A stretch of DNA of 64,000 nt from an uncultured Bacillota bacterium (GCA_947644695.1 CANSAJ010000002.1:3219-67218), one strand, 5' to 3'; counted from the stretch's first letter, positions 30,058 through 39,643 are shown. A program made the numbers and translations. Notes: generated by a model from the sequence alone, not told the origin.

Positions 30058-30777
30058 ATTTTATTAAATACCATCAATACTTGTTTTATAAAGCCAATTT
30101 TTTAGGTCAGTATTATCTCCAGTTTCATAATAATTTATTAGGTTTGTAAAATAAGTACCTATTTCTTCAACAGGAATAGCAATTATTCCTTGACCAAGTC
30201 TAATCATTTCTTTATTTGCTACTAAATTAGCAACTCTTTTATTTCCATCTAAGAACATTTGGCTCCTTTGAATCCAACAAAATATGTCAATACATCTTTC
30301 TAATTCATTATTGTTATTTAAAATACTTTCTAATTCTAAATCATAGTTGCATTCACTAGGTAATTTTGGGTGCCAAGTTGTACCAGTTATTCCAACACCT
30401 TTATCTCTATATTCTCCTAATGGAGAAATATTTTGTCCTTTACATATTTGGAAATGTATTTTTTTTATATAGTCAGTAGTTAATTCTTCGTTAATGGTAT
30501 TTAAAACAAGTTCTCAAGCATCTTTTAATCCTTTTAATTTTAACATATCATCAATAGAAATTTTTCCAGTATTAACATTATTTATAAATTCTAATGTTTC
30601 AGCAAATGTGACTGCTATACCTTCAAGATTAGCACTTTTATATATGTTATCAACAAGTTTTCTTTTTGCAAAGAATATGATATCTTCTTCTGTCATATTA
30701 TATTTGTTTTTCATAGTGGCCTCCATAAAATTATATAAAAAAACCACATTAACGTGGTTATAATTTTTTTTGGAGCA
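30058..30777. repeat. Direct repeat copy 1 (about 720 bp) comprising the Doc-like gene plus 17 nt identical to the 3' end of tRNA-Gly
   Basis: 30230-30777 is identical to 34022-34579. 30058-30230 is about 85-90 % identical to 33850-34022. Identity with copy 2 stops exactly inside the tRNA at ...tggagcaggtgatggga. Confidence 0.8.
30064..30714 (-). pseudogene. Doc/Fic-family (death-on-curing-like) gene, copy 1, interrupted by a single in-frame TGA (30514-30516). Motif QMFLDGNKRVAN has Q in place of the catalytic His.
   Basis: A continuous reading frame across three track ORFs (N-terminal 66 aa, middle about 85 aa, C-terminal 64 aa) broken only by TGA. Doc-type HxFx(D/N)GNKR core present as QMFLDGNKR. 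RBS ggagg 5 nt before ATG. Confidence 0.5.
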
Positions 30778-31026
30778 GGTGATGGGAGTCTAAGTTTATG
30801 ATTTTATTTAATTTGATAAGTTATGAATGTGCTTGTTTTTAGGTGTTTTTGTTTAAATTTGTTTAAGAAAAATTAACCTTCTTTAGTAAATTTTTGAAAT
30901 TTTAAGACCTAAAATAAGACCTAAATATTTATTATAATGAGTTTAAAATTTTAATATTTTTTGAAAAACTATTCACTTTTTGAATAATAAATGTTAAAAT
31001 TTTAGTTAGAAAGGGAATTATTAGTT

Positions 31027-31620
31027 ATGAATTATTGTGATAAAATTTTAAAAATTATTGAAAAAAATAACGGATATGTTACAACACGAGAAGTTGTGGA
31101 AAATGGAATTGAAAGAAAATTTTTAACAAATATGGTTAATAAGGGAATTATTGTTAGAATTTCAAGAGGTTATTATGGATTACCTAATTATATAGAAGAT
31201 GGATATTATAAAATTTCTTCTAAAAGTAAAAATGTTAGATTTTCTTTAGCAACTGCGCTTTATCTTCATAACTTATCTGATCGTACTCCTTTAGTATATA
31301 ATATTACTTTACCTTATGGATATGGTGGTTGTTTACAAAAAGAGAAAAATGTTATACTTAATTTTGTAAAAAGAGAATTACTTGATTTGGGTGTTATTGA
31401 GATGACTTCTCCTTTTGGTATGAAAATTAAAGTTTATGATATAGAAAGAACAATTTGTGATATTATTAAAAATAAAAGTAAAATGAATGCTGAAATTTTT
31501 TCTAATGCTTTAAAAGAGTATGCAAAAATTAAAAATAAAAACTTGAATAAACTTGCAATGTATGCAAAGAAAATGAATATTGAAAAAAAAGTTAGTGAAT
31601 ATATGGAGGTGTTATTATAG
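31027..31620 (+). CDS. AbiEi-family (type IV TA) antitoxin / transcriptional regulator
   Basis: N-terminal NNGYVTTREVVENGIERKFLTNMVNKGIIVRISRGYYGL matches the AbiEi_4 N-terminal domain consensus (..G.vt..dL...G......L..lv..G.L.Rv.RGvY). Confidence 0.55.
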   Translation: MNYCDKILKIIEKNNGYVTTREVVENGIERKFLTNMVNKGIIVRISRGYYGLPNYIEDGYYKISSKSKNVRFSLATALYLHNLSDRTPLVYNITLPYGYGGCLQKEKNVILNFVKRELLDLGVIEMTSPFGMKIKVYDIERTICDIIKNKSKMNAEIFSNALKEYAKIKNKNLNKLAMYAKKMNIEKKVSEYMEVLL

Positions 31621-32471
31621 TGAATAGAGATAAATTAAAAAGTATTATATTCAAAAAGACAAATGGTGATAATAATTTATCTGCACAGTTATATCAAATG
31701 TATTTTTTTGAACATATTTTAGATAGAATTTCAAAAAGTAAGTATAAGCATAACATTATTTTAAAAGGTGGGCTTTTACTTTCATCAGTAATAGGTGATG
31801 ATGAGAGGACAACAAAAGATATGGATGCTGCTTTAAAAAGTATTCCACTTGAAAAGGAAAATGTTGAAATTGTTATGAAAGAAATACTAAGTATAGATAC
31901 AAATGATGGAATTTTTTATGAGATAATAAGTATTAAGGATATACGATTAGAAAGTGAATATGGTGGATTTAAAATCAATATTCTTGCTAAGATGGAAACT
32001 TTAAAAGTATATATTGCTATTGAACTTACAACTGGTGATAAAATAACTCCTAGAGAAATGGAATATACTTATAATTGTATTTTTGAGGATAAAAAGATTC
32101 CTATACTTGCATATAATCTTGAAACTGTCATAGCAGAGAAATATCAGACAATCATTTGGAGAGGTATTTACAATACTAGAATGAAAGATTTTTATGATAT
32201 TTATATACTTATGATAGATAAAAAGGAACAAATAAAATTAGATAATTTAATTAAAGCTATAAAAAATACATTTAATCATAGAGAAACAAAACTAGATATA
32301 GAAGAAATTGAATTGGAGTTAGAAATGCTTAAAACTAATGATAAATTGATAAAACTATGGAAAAATTATCAAGTAACTGATCCATACTCTAAAGATATAG
32401 ATTATGAAACGTTATTTGAATCGTTAAACTATATTACAAAGATTTTAAGTGAAGAAGAAGGGAGAATTTAG
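31620..32471 (+). CDS. AbiEii/AbiGii-family nucleotidyltransferase toxin (DUF1814)
   Basis: ILKGGLLLS...DMDAAL pattern (KGG...DxD) of the AbiEii nucleotidyltransferase family. ATG overlaps the AbiEi stop. Size 283 aa. Confidence 0.6.
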   Translation: MNRDKLKSIIFKKTNGDNNLSAQLYQMYFFEHILDRISKSKYKHNIILKGGLLLSSVIGDDERTTKDMDAALKSIPLEKENVEIVMKEILSIDTNDGIFYEIISIKDIRLESEYGGFKINILAKMETLKVYIAIELTTGDKITPREMEYTYNCIFEDKKIPILAYNLETVIAEKYQTIIWRGIYNTRMKDFYDIYILMIDKKEQIKLDNLIKAIKNTFNHRETKLDIEEIELELEMLKTNDKLIKLWKNYQVTDPYSKDIDYETLFESLNYITKILSEEEGRI

Positions 32472-32475
32472 GAAA

Positions 32476-33800
32476 ATGGAAGTTTATAGTAAGAATAAGA
32501 AAAATTTTGAATCGCAGTATTATGTATCAATGATTATGGGTATAGTCCTTTTTATAGTACCATTAGTCTATATATTATCTACATTTAATGGACTTAATAG
32601 TTTAAAAAATGGTGGTTATTTATTATATGCAGGAATGGTTTCATTATTTATTTTCAGTTTATTTATCTTTTATTCTATACTTTATTCTATATTGAAAAAG
32701 CCTAACAAATATAAAGCAATACTTATTTCTAAAAAAGATGAAATGTATAATAATATGCCAATTACAACAATGCAATTTTCAATTGGTGAACTTGAAAATG
32801 GTACGAGATTTGATGGTAAAATTATTGAATGTTATTCAACTGGTGATAATAACTTGATTGTCGATAATTTTTATCTAATAGAAGTTAAAGAATCTAATTG
32901 GAAGATAACAAGAGTAGAAAAGTACGAGGGAATTGTAAAAAAAATATTCCAGTTGTTACACCTAATTGGAATCCTATTTTTGTTGGAGGATTATTTATTT
33001 TTGGAATATCTTTTATTTGTTCTATAGTATTTATACTATTAGAACTTAAAGAAGGAGAGTCAATTATTATTGATACAATATTTATGATAATTAGTATTGG
33101 AGGATTTTTAGGTGTTTATGAGCAGCATAAGTTTAATAAGAGTGATGAAGATGTAGCTAATAATAAATTTGATGTTAAATTAGCTAAAGAACTAGAAAAA
33201 ATGCCGATTTTACAAACTACTGATAAAGATAACATAGATTTAACTAATGATGAATTAGTTAAAAAATACAATATATCAACCTCACAAAATATAGATATAA
33301 AAGGAATAAAAAAATTTAGTATAGTAAGAGCAACTAAAAGTAAAATTTTAGATAAATATTTTATAATAGATGAATCTAATAATTTACTGGTATATGCTCA
33401 AAAAGATGAAGTATATAGATTTAATTTATATAATAAAAATGGGGATTTAATTGGAAAGATTGAAAGAAATGATGCACTTATTGTTTGGTATATTGTTAGA
33501 AATGTTAATGAAAAACCATTTAGTATTAGAAAAAAAGTACAATTAAATAATAATTATGATGTAATTGGTACTAATTATTACGTAGCTGGATCTTTTGCTC
33601 CAATCGATAATGTCATATTTGATAGGGAAGATAATAAAATAGCTGTTATATGCGCTAAAGAAACAAATAGTGGTTCTTATGAGTTAGGAAATACTACTAC
33701 TGAAATCGTAGATGAAAATACAATTAATAGTCTAACTTTAATGTGTATATCACTTTGTGTTACAATTGAAAACTTCTATTCTACTAATAGGGGATTGTAG
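32476..33800 (+). pseudogene. Membrane protein gene split by a +1 frameshift inside an A8 homopolymer (about 32935-32942). Fused product about 440 aa.
   Basis: Track ORFs 32449..33027 and 32898..33800 overlap. An A9 run would yield ...EGIVKKNIPVVTPNWNPIFVGG... as a continuous reading frame. Both halves have TM helices. Confidence 0.4.
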
Positions 33801-33849
33801 AGTAATAAATGGACTACTCTAATGTGAATAGTCCTTTTAAGTATTTTTT

Positions 33850-34579
33850 ATCTTATTAAATACCATCAATACTTGTTTCATAAAGCCAGTTCTTTAATTC
33901 TGTGTTATCTCCAGTTTCGTAGTAATTTATTAATTTTGTAAAATATTCACCGATTTTTTCAACAGGAACTGCGATTATTCCTTGACCTAATTTTATCATT
34001 TCTTTATTTGCTACTAGGTTAGCAACTCTTTTATTTCCATCTAAGAACATTTGGCTCCTTTGAATCCAACAAAATATGTCAATACATCTTTCTAATTCAT
34101 TATTGTTATTTAAAATACTTTCTAATTCTAAATCATAGTTGCATTCACTAGGTAATTTTGGGTGCCAAGTTGTACCAGTTATTCCAACACCTTTATCTCT
34201 ATATTCTCCTAATGGAGAAATATTTTGTCCTTTACATATTTGGAAATGTATTTTTTTTATATAGTCAGTAGTTAATTCTTCGTTAATGGTATTTAAAACA
34301 AGTTCTCAAGCATCTTTTAATCCTTTTAATTTTAACATATCATCAATAGAAATTTTTCCAGTATTAACATTATTTATAAATTCTAATGTTTCAGCAAATG
34401 TGACTGCTATACCTTCAAGATTAGCACTTTTATATATGTTATCAACAAGTTTTCTTTTTGCAAAGAATATGATATCTTCTTCTGTCATATTATATTTGTT
34501 TTTCATAGTGGCCTCCATAAAATTATATAAAAAAACCACATTAACGTGGTTATAATTTTTTTTGGAGCAGGTGATGGGA
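33850..34579. repeat. Direct repeat copy 2 (Doc-like gene plus junction with the intact tRNA-Gly)
   Basis: See copy 1. Confidence 0.8.
33856..34506 (-). pseudogene. Doc/Fic-family gene, copy 2, with the same in-frame TGA (34306-34308)
   Basis: N-terminal 77 codons and middle segment identical to copy 1. The C-terminal 64 aa differ at 7 positions (all missense). Confidence 0.5.
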
Positions 34580-34636
34580 ATCGAACCCACGTTAGCAGCT
34601 TGGAAGGCTGAAGTTCTACCATTAAACTACACCTGC
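34563..34636 (-). tRNA. tRNA-Gly (anticodon UCC), CCA encoded
   Basis: Revcomp GCAGGTGTAGTTTAATGGTAGAACTTCAGCCTTCCAAGCTGCTAACGTGGGTTCGATTCCCATCACCTGCTCCA. 7-bp acceptor stem (GCAGGTG/CACCTGC). Anticodon loop CTTCCAA. T-arm GTGGG-TTCGATT-CCCAT. Confidence 0.85.
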
Positions 34637-34834
34637 ATTTCGTTTTTAATTTTACTAAAAATATTTTTGAATGTCAATAGTTTATGTTTCGATTATTTTA
34701 AAATTGTTGAGTTAGTATACCATGTTTATTTACAATATAATATATGTTTATAGTATTTTTTTTGTGATTCTCTTATATTTAAGTTTGTTGAAAAAGAAGT
34801 TTCTTTATGTTAGAATGATATTGGGTGATAGAGT

Positions 34835-35347
34835 ATGAGTAAAACCAAAAATATACCTGCTAAAAATTATGTATTGCTTATCATATTGATTATAGTGACT
34901 GTAGTTGCTACTCTTTATATTAATGCATGGATTAAGACTTATAAAGCAAATAAACTTAGTTTAAGTCCTTTTAGTGGAGTAGTTGAGGAAATTAATATAA
35001 ATGAGATTAATTTAGCTTTTTCTGAAACTAATGAAGTAATTTTATATGTAGGGTATACTAATAATCAAAAGGTTTATGAAATGGAAGAAAAAATTCTTAA
35101 ATATATTAAAGAACATGAAATTGTTGATAAGTTCATGTATATTAATGTAACTGAACATTTAGATAATGATAAATATTTGGATATTTTAAAAAAAGAATTT
35201 AGTGAAGTAAAAGATGATATAAAAGAAGCGCCTATGTTATTATATGTTAAAAATGGAAAGGCTGAAGAAGTAGTATCTCCTAAGGATAGAGTTTTAAAAA
35301 TATATGATATTGCAAATATAAATGAGAAATATGAACTGGAAAATTAA
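34835..35347 (+). CDS. Hypothetical N-terminally membrane-anchored protein
   Basis: TM VLLIILIIVTVVATLYINAWI after a short basic N-terminus. No family recognised. Confidence 0.3.
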   Translation: MSKTKNIPAKNYVLLIILIIVTVVATLYINAWIKTYKANKLSLSPFSGVVEEININEINLAFSETNEVILYVGYTNNQKVYEMEEKILKYIKEHEIVDKFMYINVTEHLDNDKYLDILKKEFSEVKDDIKEAPMLLYVKNGKAEEVVSPKDRVLKIYDIANINEKYELEN

Positions 35348-35366
35348 TTTCTGGTTTTTTATTGAT

Positions 35367-35535
35367 AAAAATATTGCATTTTTGTGAGTATCTTTTTATA
35401 AGTTCTTAAATAACGTTATAAGCTGTATTTATAAGCGTTTACGGCATTTTTGTTCTTGAAGGATATTCTTATAAATTGTTATAACTCATTATATTTTCAC
35501 TTTCAAAAGTAGTAAATTAGTAGTAAAAATTTATT
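35367..35535. repeat. Left arm of a roughly 165-bp imperfect inverted repeat (about 88 % identity to the revcomp of 36424-36592)
   Basis: aaaaatattgcatttttgtgagtatctttttataag...tatttataagcgtttacggcatttttgttcttgaaggatattcttataaattgttataa...agtagtaaattagtagtaaaa is mirrored on the right side. A third partial copy sits at about 12507-12575. Confidence 0.75.
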
Positions 35536-35705
35536 TTTTTAAGATATTAATTTTAAATATTAAAAAATACTATGTAATGTTATAGTATTAAAATATATTC
35601 TTATGAGCGAGACTAGTGGCATAGCCACTAAAGTCTTCGCCATAATAAGGTTAGTATTACCCTTATTATGTAGCACATAGCATGTAGCGTATATAATTAG
35701 CCAAT

Positions 35706-36191
35706 TTAAAAATTTTTATTTAACAAAGAAGATACTATATTAAAATGATGAATAATTTCACTATCCGATAAAGAGGAACAATTAATTGATATTCCAAATT
35801 TATTATCAAGACTATTACTAACTTTGTTTAAAATATCATATTTATTATCTCCAATTATATATATATCATTGGTACAATCTTTATATTCATATATATTCAA
35901 TTCTTTTTTATATTCGCTTATCAAATGTTCTAAATCAATATGAATTATTTGCTCTTTTGTAACATAAAATTCAAATTCAATTGAGTCAATATTAAAACAT
36001 ATATCCCCTATATTTTCAACTGTTATTACTGGCATATAATATTTTTGGTTATAGTATTTTCCATTTATATTTATAAAGTGGTTATTATATGATTGAAACG
36101 TTGTTTTATAATGCAAACTAAATCTTTTATTAAGTTCTTCAGCTTTATTATAAATATTATTAAAAATATTGTGCATTTGTAAAATATTCAT
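35706..36191 (-). CDS. Hypothetical protein (161 aa) enclosed by the inverted repeats
   Basis: ORF with ggagat RBS. Hairpin plus T-run downstream (35590-35700 on the minus strand). No family recognised, and not transposase-like. Confidence 0.3.
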   Translation of the reverse strand: MNILQMHNIFNNIYNKAEELNKRFSLHYKTTFQSYNNHFININGKYYNQKYYMPVITVENIGDICFNIDSIEFEFYVTKEQIIHIDLEHLISEYKKELNIYEYKDCTNDIYIIGDNKYDILNKVSNSLDNKFGISINCSSLSDSEIIHHFNIVSSLLNKNF

Positions 36192-36423
36192 ATCTTATCT
36201 CCTATAAATTTTATATATATTATTTTATCATACATGCAACTAACGTTAAAGTATATTAACTCTAATTTCTGTTAGAAAGTAGTAAATTAGTAGTAAAATA
36301 ATTCTATAATTTGGCAGATATCCTTTAAAATAAGGAAATTTTAAGAAAAAGTGAATTTTTTATTATAAAAAGTTTAGTTTTTAATTAAAATGCTTTATTT
36401 TAGGATGTACATGTAAAATTTTT

Positions 36424-36592
36424 AATTTATTTTACTACTAATTTACTATTTTTGAAAGTGAAAACATAAGAAATTATAACAATTTATAAGAATATCCTTC
36501 AATGACAAAAATGCCGTAAGCGCTTATAAATACAGGTTATAATGCTATTTGAAAACTTATAAAAGATGCTCACAAAAATGCAATATTTTTTT
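36424..36592. repeat. Right arm of the inverted repeat
   Basis: See left arm. An additional internal direct copy of the agtagtaaattagtagtaaaa core lies at 36270-36300. Confidence 0.75.
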
Positions 36593-36597
36593 TGTGT

Positions 36598-36625
36598 AAA
36601 AAAAAGAGCTTTATTAAGCTCTAGA
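36598..36625 (-). terminator. Rho-independent terminator for the NPETG surface protein gene (agagcttaataaagctct + T8 on the minus strand)
   Basis: Perfect short hairpin followed by ttttttttt when read on the minus strand, directly after the stop at 36621. Confidence 0.55.
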
Positions 36626-37835
36626 TTTTACTAAATTGGTTTTTTCTGTTAAGTATCAAAAGTGTTGTTGAACCAACTGCCACTAAACAAATACCAAATA
36701 CTAAGTATTCTGCTACACCTGTTTCAGGGTTATCAACTGGTTGTTTTGGATTGTCAATAGCTTCTCTTAATATTTTTATAGTTGGGCTACAAATTTGATC
36801 TTCTATTTTTGAATCTTCAGGATAAGTTCCAATGGTTGTTCCTTGTTGTGTAACTACAATTTGTCTGTTTGTTCTTAAAGTTAGTTTTTCAATTACACTT
36901 TGGTCTACTACTTGTTTTAAAGATAAGTAGTATGTTAGTTTAACTATTTGATTTGATTCAATAGTTCCAGCTTGCCAAGTAATAGTATTAGTTGCTGTGT
37001 CAAAAGATGCTATTCCGTTATTAGTTTTAACATCTATAATATCAAAATTATTTAAGATATAGTTATCAAATGATATTTTAGTTTCTATAGCTTGTTTAGG
37101 TTTTGGCATGTGAGTTGTAACACTACCTACATAATTAATTTGATTAAAGTTACTAGGTGAAATTTCATATCTAGTAGCTGCATCAAATGCAGTTCTAAAA
37201 TTAGTAGTATTTAAGTTAATTCCATAAGCTATAACCCTTATTCCATTTTTTGAACATTCATTAATTTTGTTTGTTAAGCTTGTTAAATCTGTTGGAAGTG
37301 AAGCAAGAGCAACTATTATGAATTTTTCACTTGCACTAGAGCTAAAACTTTCAGCAGCTTTGCTTATTGAATCTAGAATATCACCATTAGTAGTTCCTGA
37401 AGTCATGTTTTTAACTGAATCTAGTTGTGATTCAATATTAGCATTGTCTACAGGAATAGTAGTAATATTACCATCAGTAGTAGTAACTATTCCTTGTTTA
37501 ATATTATTTGTAGATTCAAGTGTTTTAGCATTTGTCTTTAATGAATCTATTAAAGCAGCTTTATTAGCAGACATTGTATTACCATTATCAATTGCATACA
37601 TTATTTCAGTTTCTTTAGAGTTATTGATTATGATTTCAATAGCTACATTTCCATTTACTAAATCAGTGTTATCTTTATTTATAACATTTGTTATATGCAT
37701 TCCATCTTGACTTAGTTGTTTAGATGCATAGTTAGGTGATACGATTTCAACTCGATTACCTGCGGCATTTAAAGAAAAGATTCCAAAAAGACTAGCCCAT
37801 ACTATTACAGCACTTATTAAAATTCTCTTTTTCAT
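36621..37835 (-). CDS. Cell-wall-anchored surface protein with class-B-sortase-type sorting signal NPETG
   Basis: Signal peptide MKKRILISAVIVWASLFGIFSLNAAG. Thr/Ser/Asn-rich ectodomain. C-terminal NPETG plus hydrophobic helix VAEYLVFGICLVAVGSTTLLIL plus RKNQFSKI. Divergently adjacent to the sortase gene. Confidence 0.6.
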   Translation of the reverse strand: MKKRILISAVIVWASLFGIFSLNAAGNRVEIVSPNYASKQLSQDGMHITNVINKDNTDLVNGNVAIEIIINNSKETEIMYAIDNGNTMSANKAALIDSLKTNAKTLESTNNIKQGIVTTTDGNITTIPVDNANIESQLDSVKNMTSGTTNGDILDSISKAAESFSSSASEKFIIVALASLPTDLTSLTNKINECSKNGIRVIAYGINLNTTNFRTAFDAATRYEISPSNFNQINYVGSVTTHMPKPKQAIETKISFDNYILNNFDIIDVKTNNGIASFDTATNTITWQAGTIESNQIVKLTYYLSLKQVVDQSVIEKLTLRTNRQIVVTQQGTTIGTYPEDSKIEDQICSPTIKILREAIDNPKQPVDNPETGVAEYLVFGICLVAVGSTTLLILNRKNQFSKI

Positions 37836-37951
37836 TTTATCCTCCTTATTATGTTTTAATTATAACATGTATTTATTCAAAATCAAATAAAAAGAAAACT
37901 TTATTAAGAGAAAAGAATGTGTTAATATATATAATATAGGGAGACTAGATT

Positions 37952-39550
37952 ATGAAAGTAATAAGTATTAATGTTAAAACTGATTCATTTGTAATTGATT
38001 CTTTAGATATTAACTATAAAGAAAAAAGTAATATAAATACTAATAATCTAGTAGAAGATACTTTTTATTATAGCGAAAGATTTATTAAGAGAAATAAAAA
38101 TATTATAAGAGATAAATTAAATTCTAAAAATATTAATACCGCTATTTATAAAGATTTTAATTCTTTTATTATTTTATCTGGTTTACTTGAAACTATGAAT
38201 ATAAAAATAGATGTTAATAGAACTCTTACTCCTAGTGTAATGGATGTTTTACTAGATAATTCTTATTTAAAGACACTTGAATGTTATTTTATGCCTAGTG
38301 ATTATGTTCATGATCTTGCTCAGAGGGGTATTTCTATTAAGTTTTTTAATAAAGTTGTTTTTACACCTAATTTTGTTAGTTCTAATAATCTTAGAGATTT
38401 GAGAGGAATTTATTATAGAAGAGTTATTGATTTTTATAATGAAGAAGATTTATATAAAAATTTTGAGAATTTTTTAAGTGTTAATAATTCTTTAAGGTTT
38501 ATTAATTTGCATTTTTATTCTAATGATGGTCTTACATATATTGTTGATACTTTGAATGAAAGAGTAAAGATGAATGTTGATATTTTTATTTATCAAAATG
38601 ATGATAATTTTTCTGATATTAGTTCAAATGTTAAGTTTTTAAGGAAACTTAATAAAGAGTATAGTAATAGATTTGCAAGAGAAATTAGGATAGTTTATTC
38701 AAATAAGTTTTTTAGAGAAAATATTTTTAGAGAGTTAACTATAAATGGTTTAAAGGTTTGTATGGTTGCTGTTCTTTATCTAGGTATTGTGTTTATGCTT
38801 TCGAATAAATATCATGAGTATGTTGCTTTACTTAATTTAAGACTTTTAGAGTCATCTTTAGCTGAGCCTTCTGAGGATTTGAATATAGATGATATGGATG
38901 ATGAAGAGGTTAATCCTCCGGTTGAAGTTCCACCTGAGGAGAATACTCCAGAGCCAGAACCACCTAAAGAATATGTAAATTATTATGCCAATATTCCGAC
39001 AACTTTCGACAAACTTTTGTCAATTAATGAGGATGTGGTTGGATGGATTAAACTCAATAATACGAAAGTAAATTATCCTGTTACAAAATATTCAGATAAT
39101 CAATATTATTTAGATCATGATATTTATAAACGTGAAATAATAACTGGTTGGGTTTTTATGGATTATAGAAATGATTCAGTAAATTTAAATAAGAATACCA
39201 TTATTTATGGTCATAATTTAATTAGTGGATATATGTTTGGTGATTTAAAAAATGTTGTTAAGTGGGATTGGTATACTAATCCAGATAATCAAGTAATAGC
39301 ATTTAATACTTTAGGAAAAGAGATGAGATGGAGAATTTTTTCTATATATAGGACTGATTATACTACTGATTATTTAAAGACAGCTTTTTATGATGATGAG
39401 TCATTTATGAATTTTGTGTCAATGGTTAAAGATAGAAGTATTTACAATTTTAATGTCAAGGTTGACCCAGATGACAAAATATTGACGTTATCTACCTGTA
39501 CAGGAAGTAATGATAGAAGGCTTGCAGTACATGCAGTTTTAATAGATTAA
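37952..39550 (+). CDS. Class-B-like sortase fused to a roughly 260-aa N-terminal cytoplasmic domain (TM about aa 262-283, Pro/Glu-rich linker, catalytic domain aa about 340-532)
   Basis: Catalytic His IIYGHN. TLxTC motif LTLSTCTG. Conserved Arg RRLAVHAVL. Linker EEVNPPVEVPPEENTPEPEPPKE after the TM LKVCMVAVLYLGIVFMLS. Confidence 0.65.
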   Translation: MKVISINVKTDSFVIDSLDINYKEKSNINTNNLVEDTFYYSERFIKRNKNIIRDKLNSKNINTAIYKDFNSFIILSGLLETMNIKIDVNRTLTPSVMDVLLDNSYLKTLECYFMPSDYVHDLAQRGISIKFFNKVVFTPNFVSSNNLRDLRGIYYRRVIDFYNEEDLYKNFENFLSVNNSLRFINLHFYSNDGLTYIVDTLNERVKMNVDIFIYQNDDNFSDISSNVKFLRKLNKEYSNRFAREIRIVYSNKFFRENIFRELTINGLKVCMVAVLYLGIVFMLSNKYHEYVALLNLRLLESSLAEPSEDLNIDDMDDEEVNPPVEVPPEENTPEPEPPKEYVNYYANIPTTFDKLLSINEDVVGWIKLNNTKVNYPVTKYSDNQYYLDHDIYKREIITGWVFMDYRNDSVNLNKNTIIYGHNLISGYMFGDLKNVVKWDWYTNPDNQVIAFNTLGKEMRWRIFSIYRTDYTTDYLKTAFYDDESFMNFVSMVKDRSIYNFNVKVDPDDKILTLSTCTGSNDRRLAVHAVLID

Positions 39551-39643
39551 TAGGTGTAAAGTAGTGTTTATTTTTGATAAATAAATTATATATTATGTTA
39601 TTCTTATGTAGTGATAAATACTTATAAAAGAAAGGTGAGTAAA

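Noticed and set aside
30514-30516. In-frame TGA in the Doc-like gene as a selenocysteine codon or alternative genetic code
   Set aside because: No SECIS-like hairpin follows the codon, and no sel genes are in view. All other genes in the window terminate sensibly under code 11 and use TGA as stop (for example the VirB4 N-terminal ORF). Pseudogene or readthrough is more parsimonious.
34525-34560. Hairpin aaaaaaaccacattaacgtggtt plus T9 as a bidirectional terminator between tRNA-Gly and the Doc-like gene
   Set aside because: It sits only about 10 nt upstream of the Doc-like RBS with no room for a promoter, so its role (terminator, attenuator or part of the att site) is unclear. Not reported as a feature.
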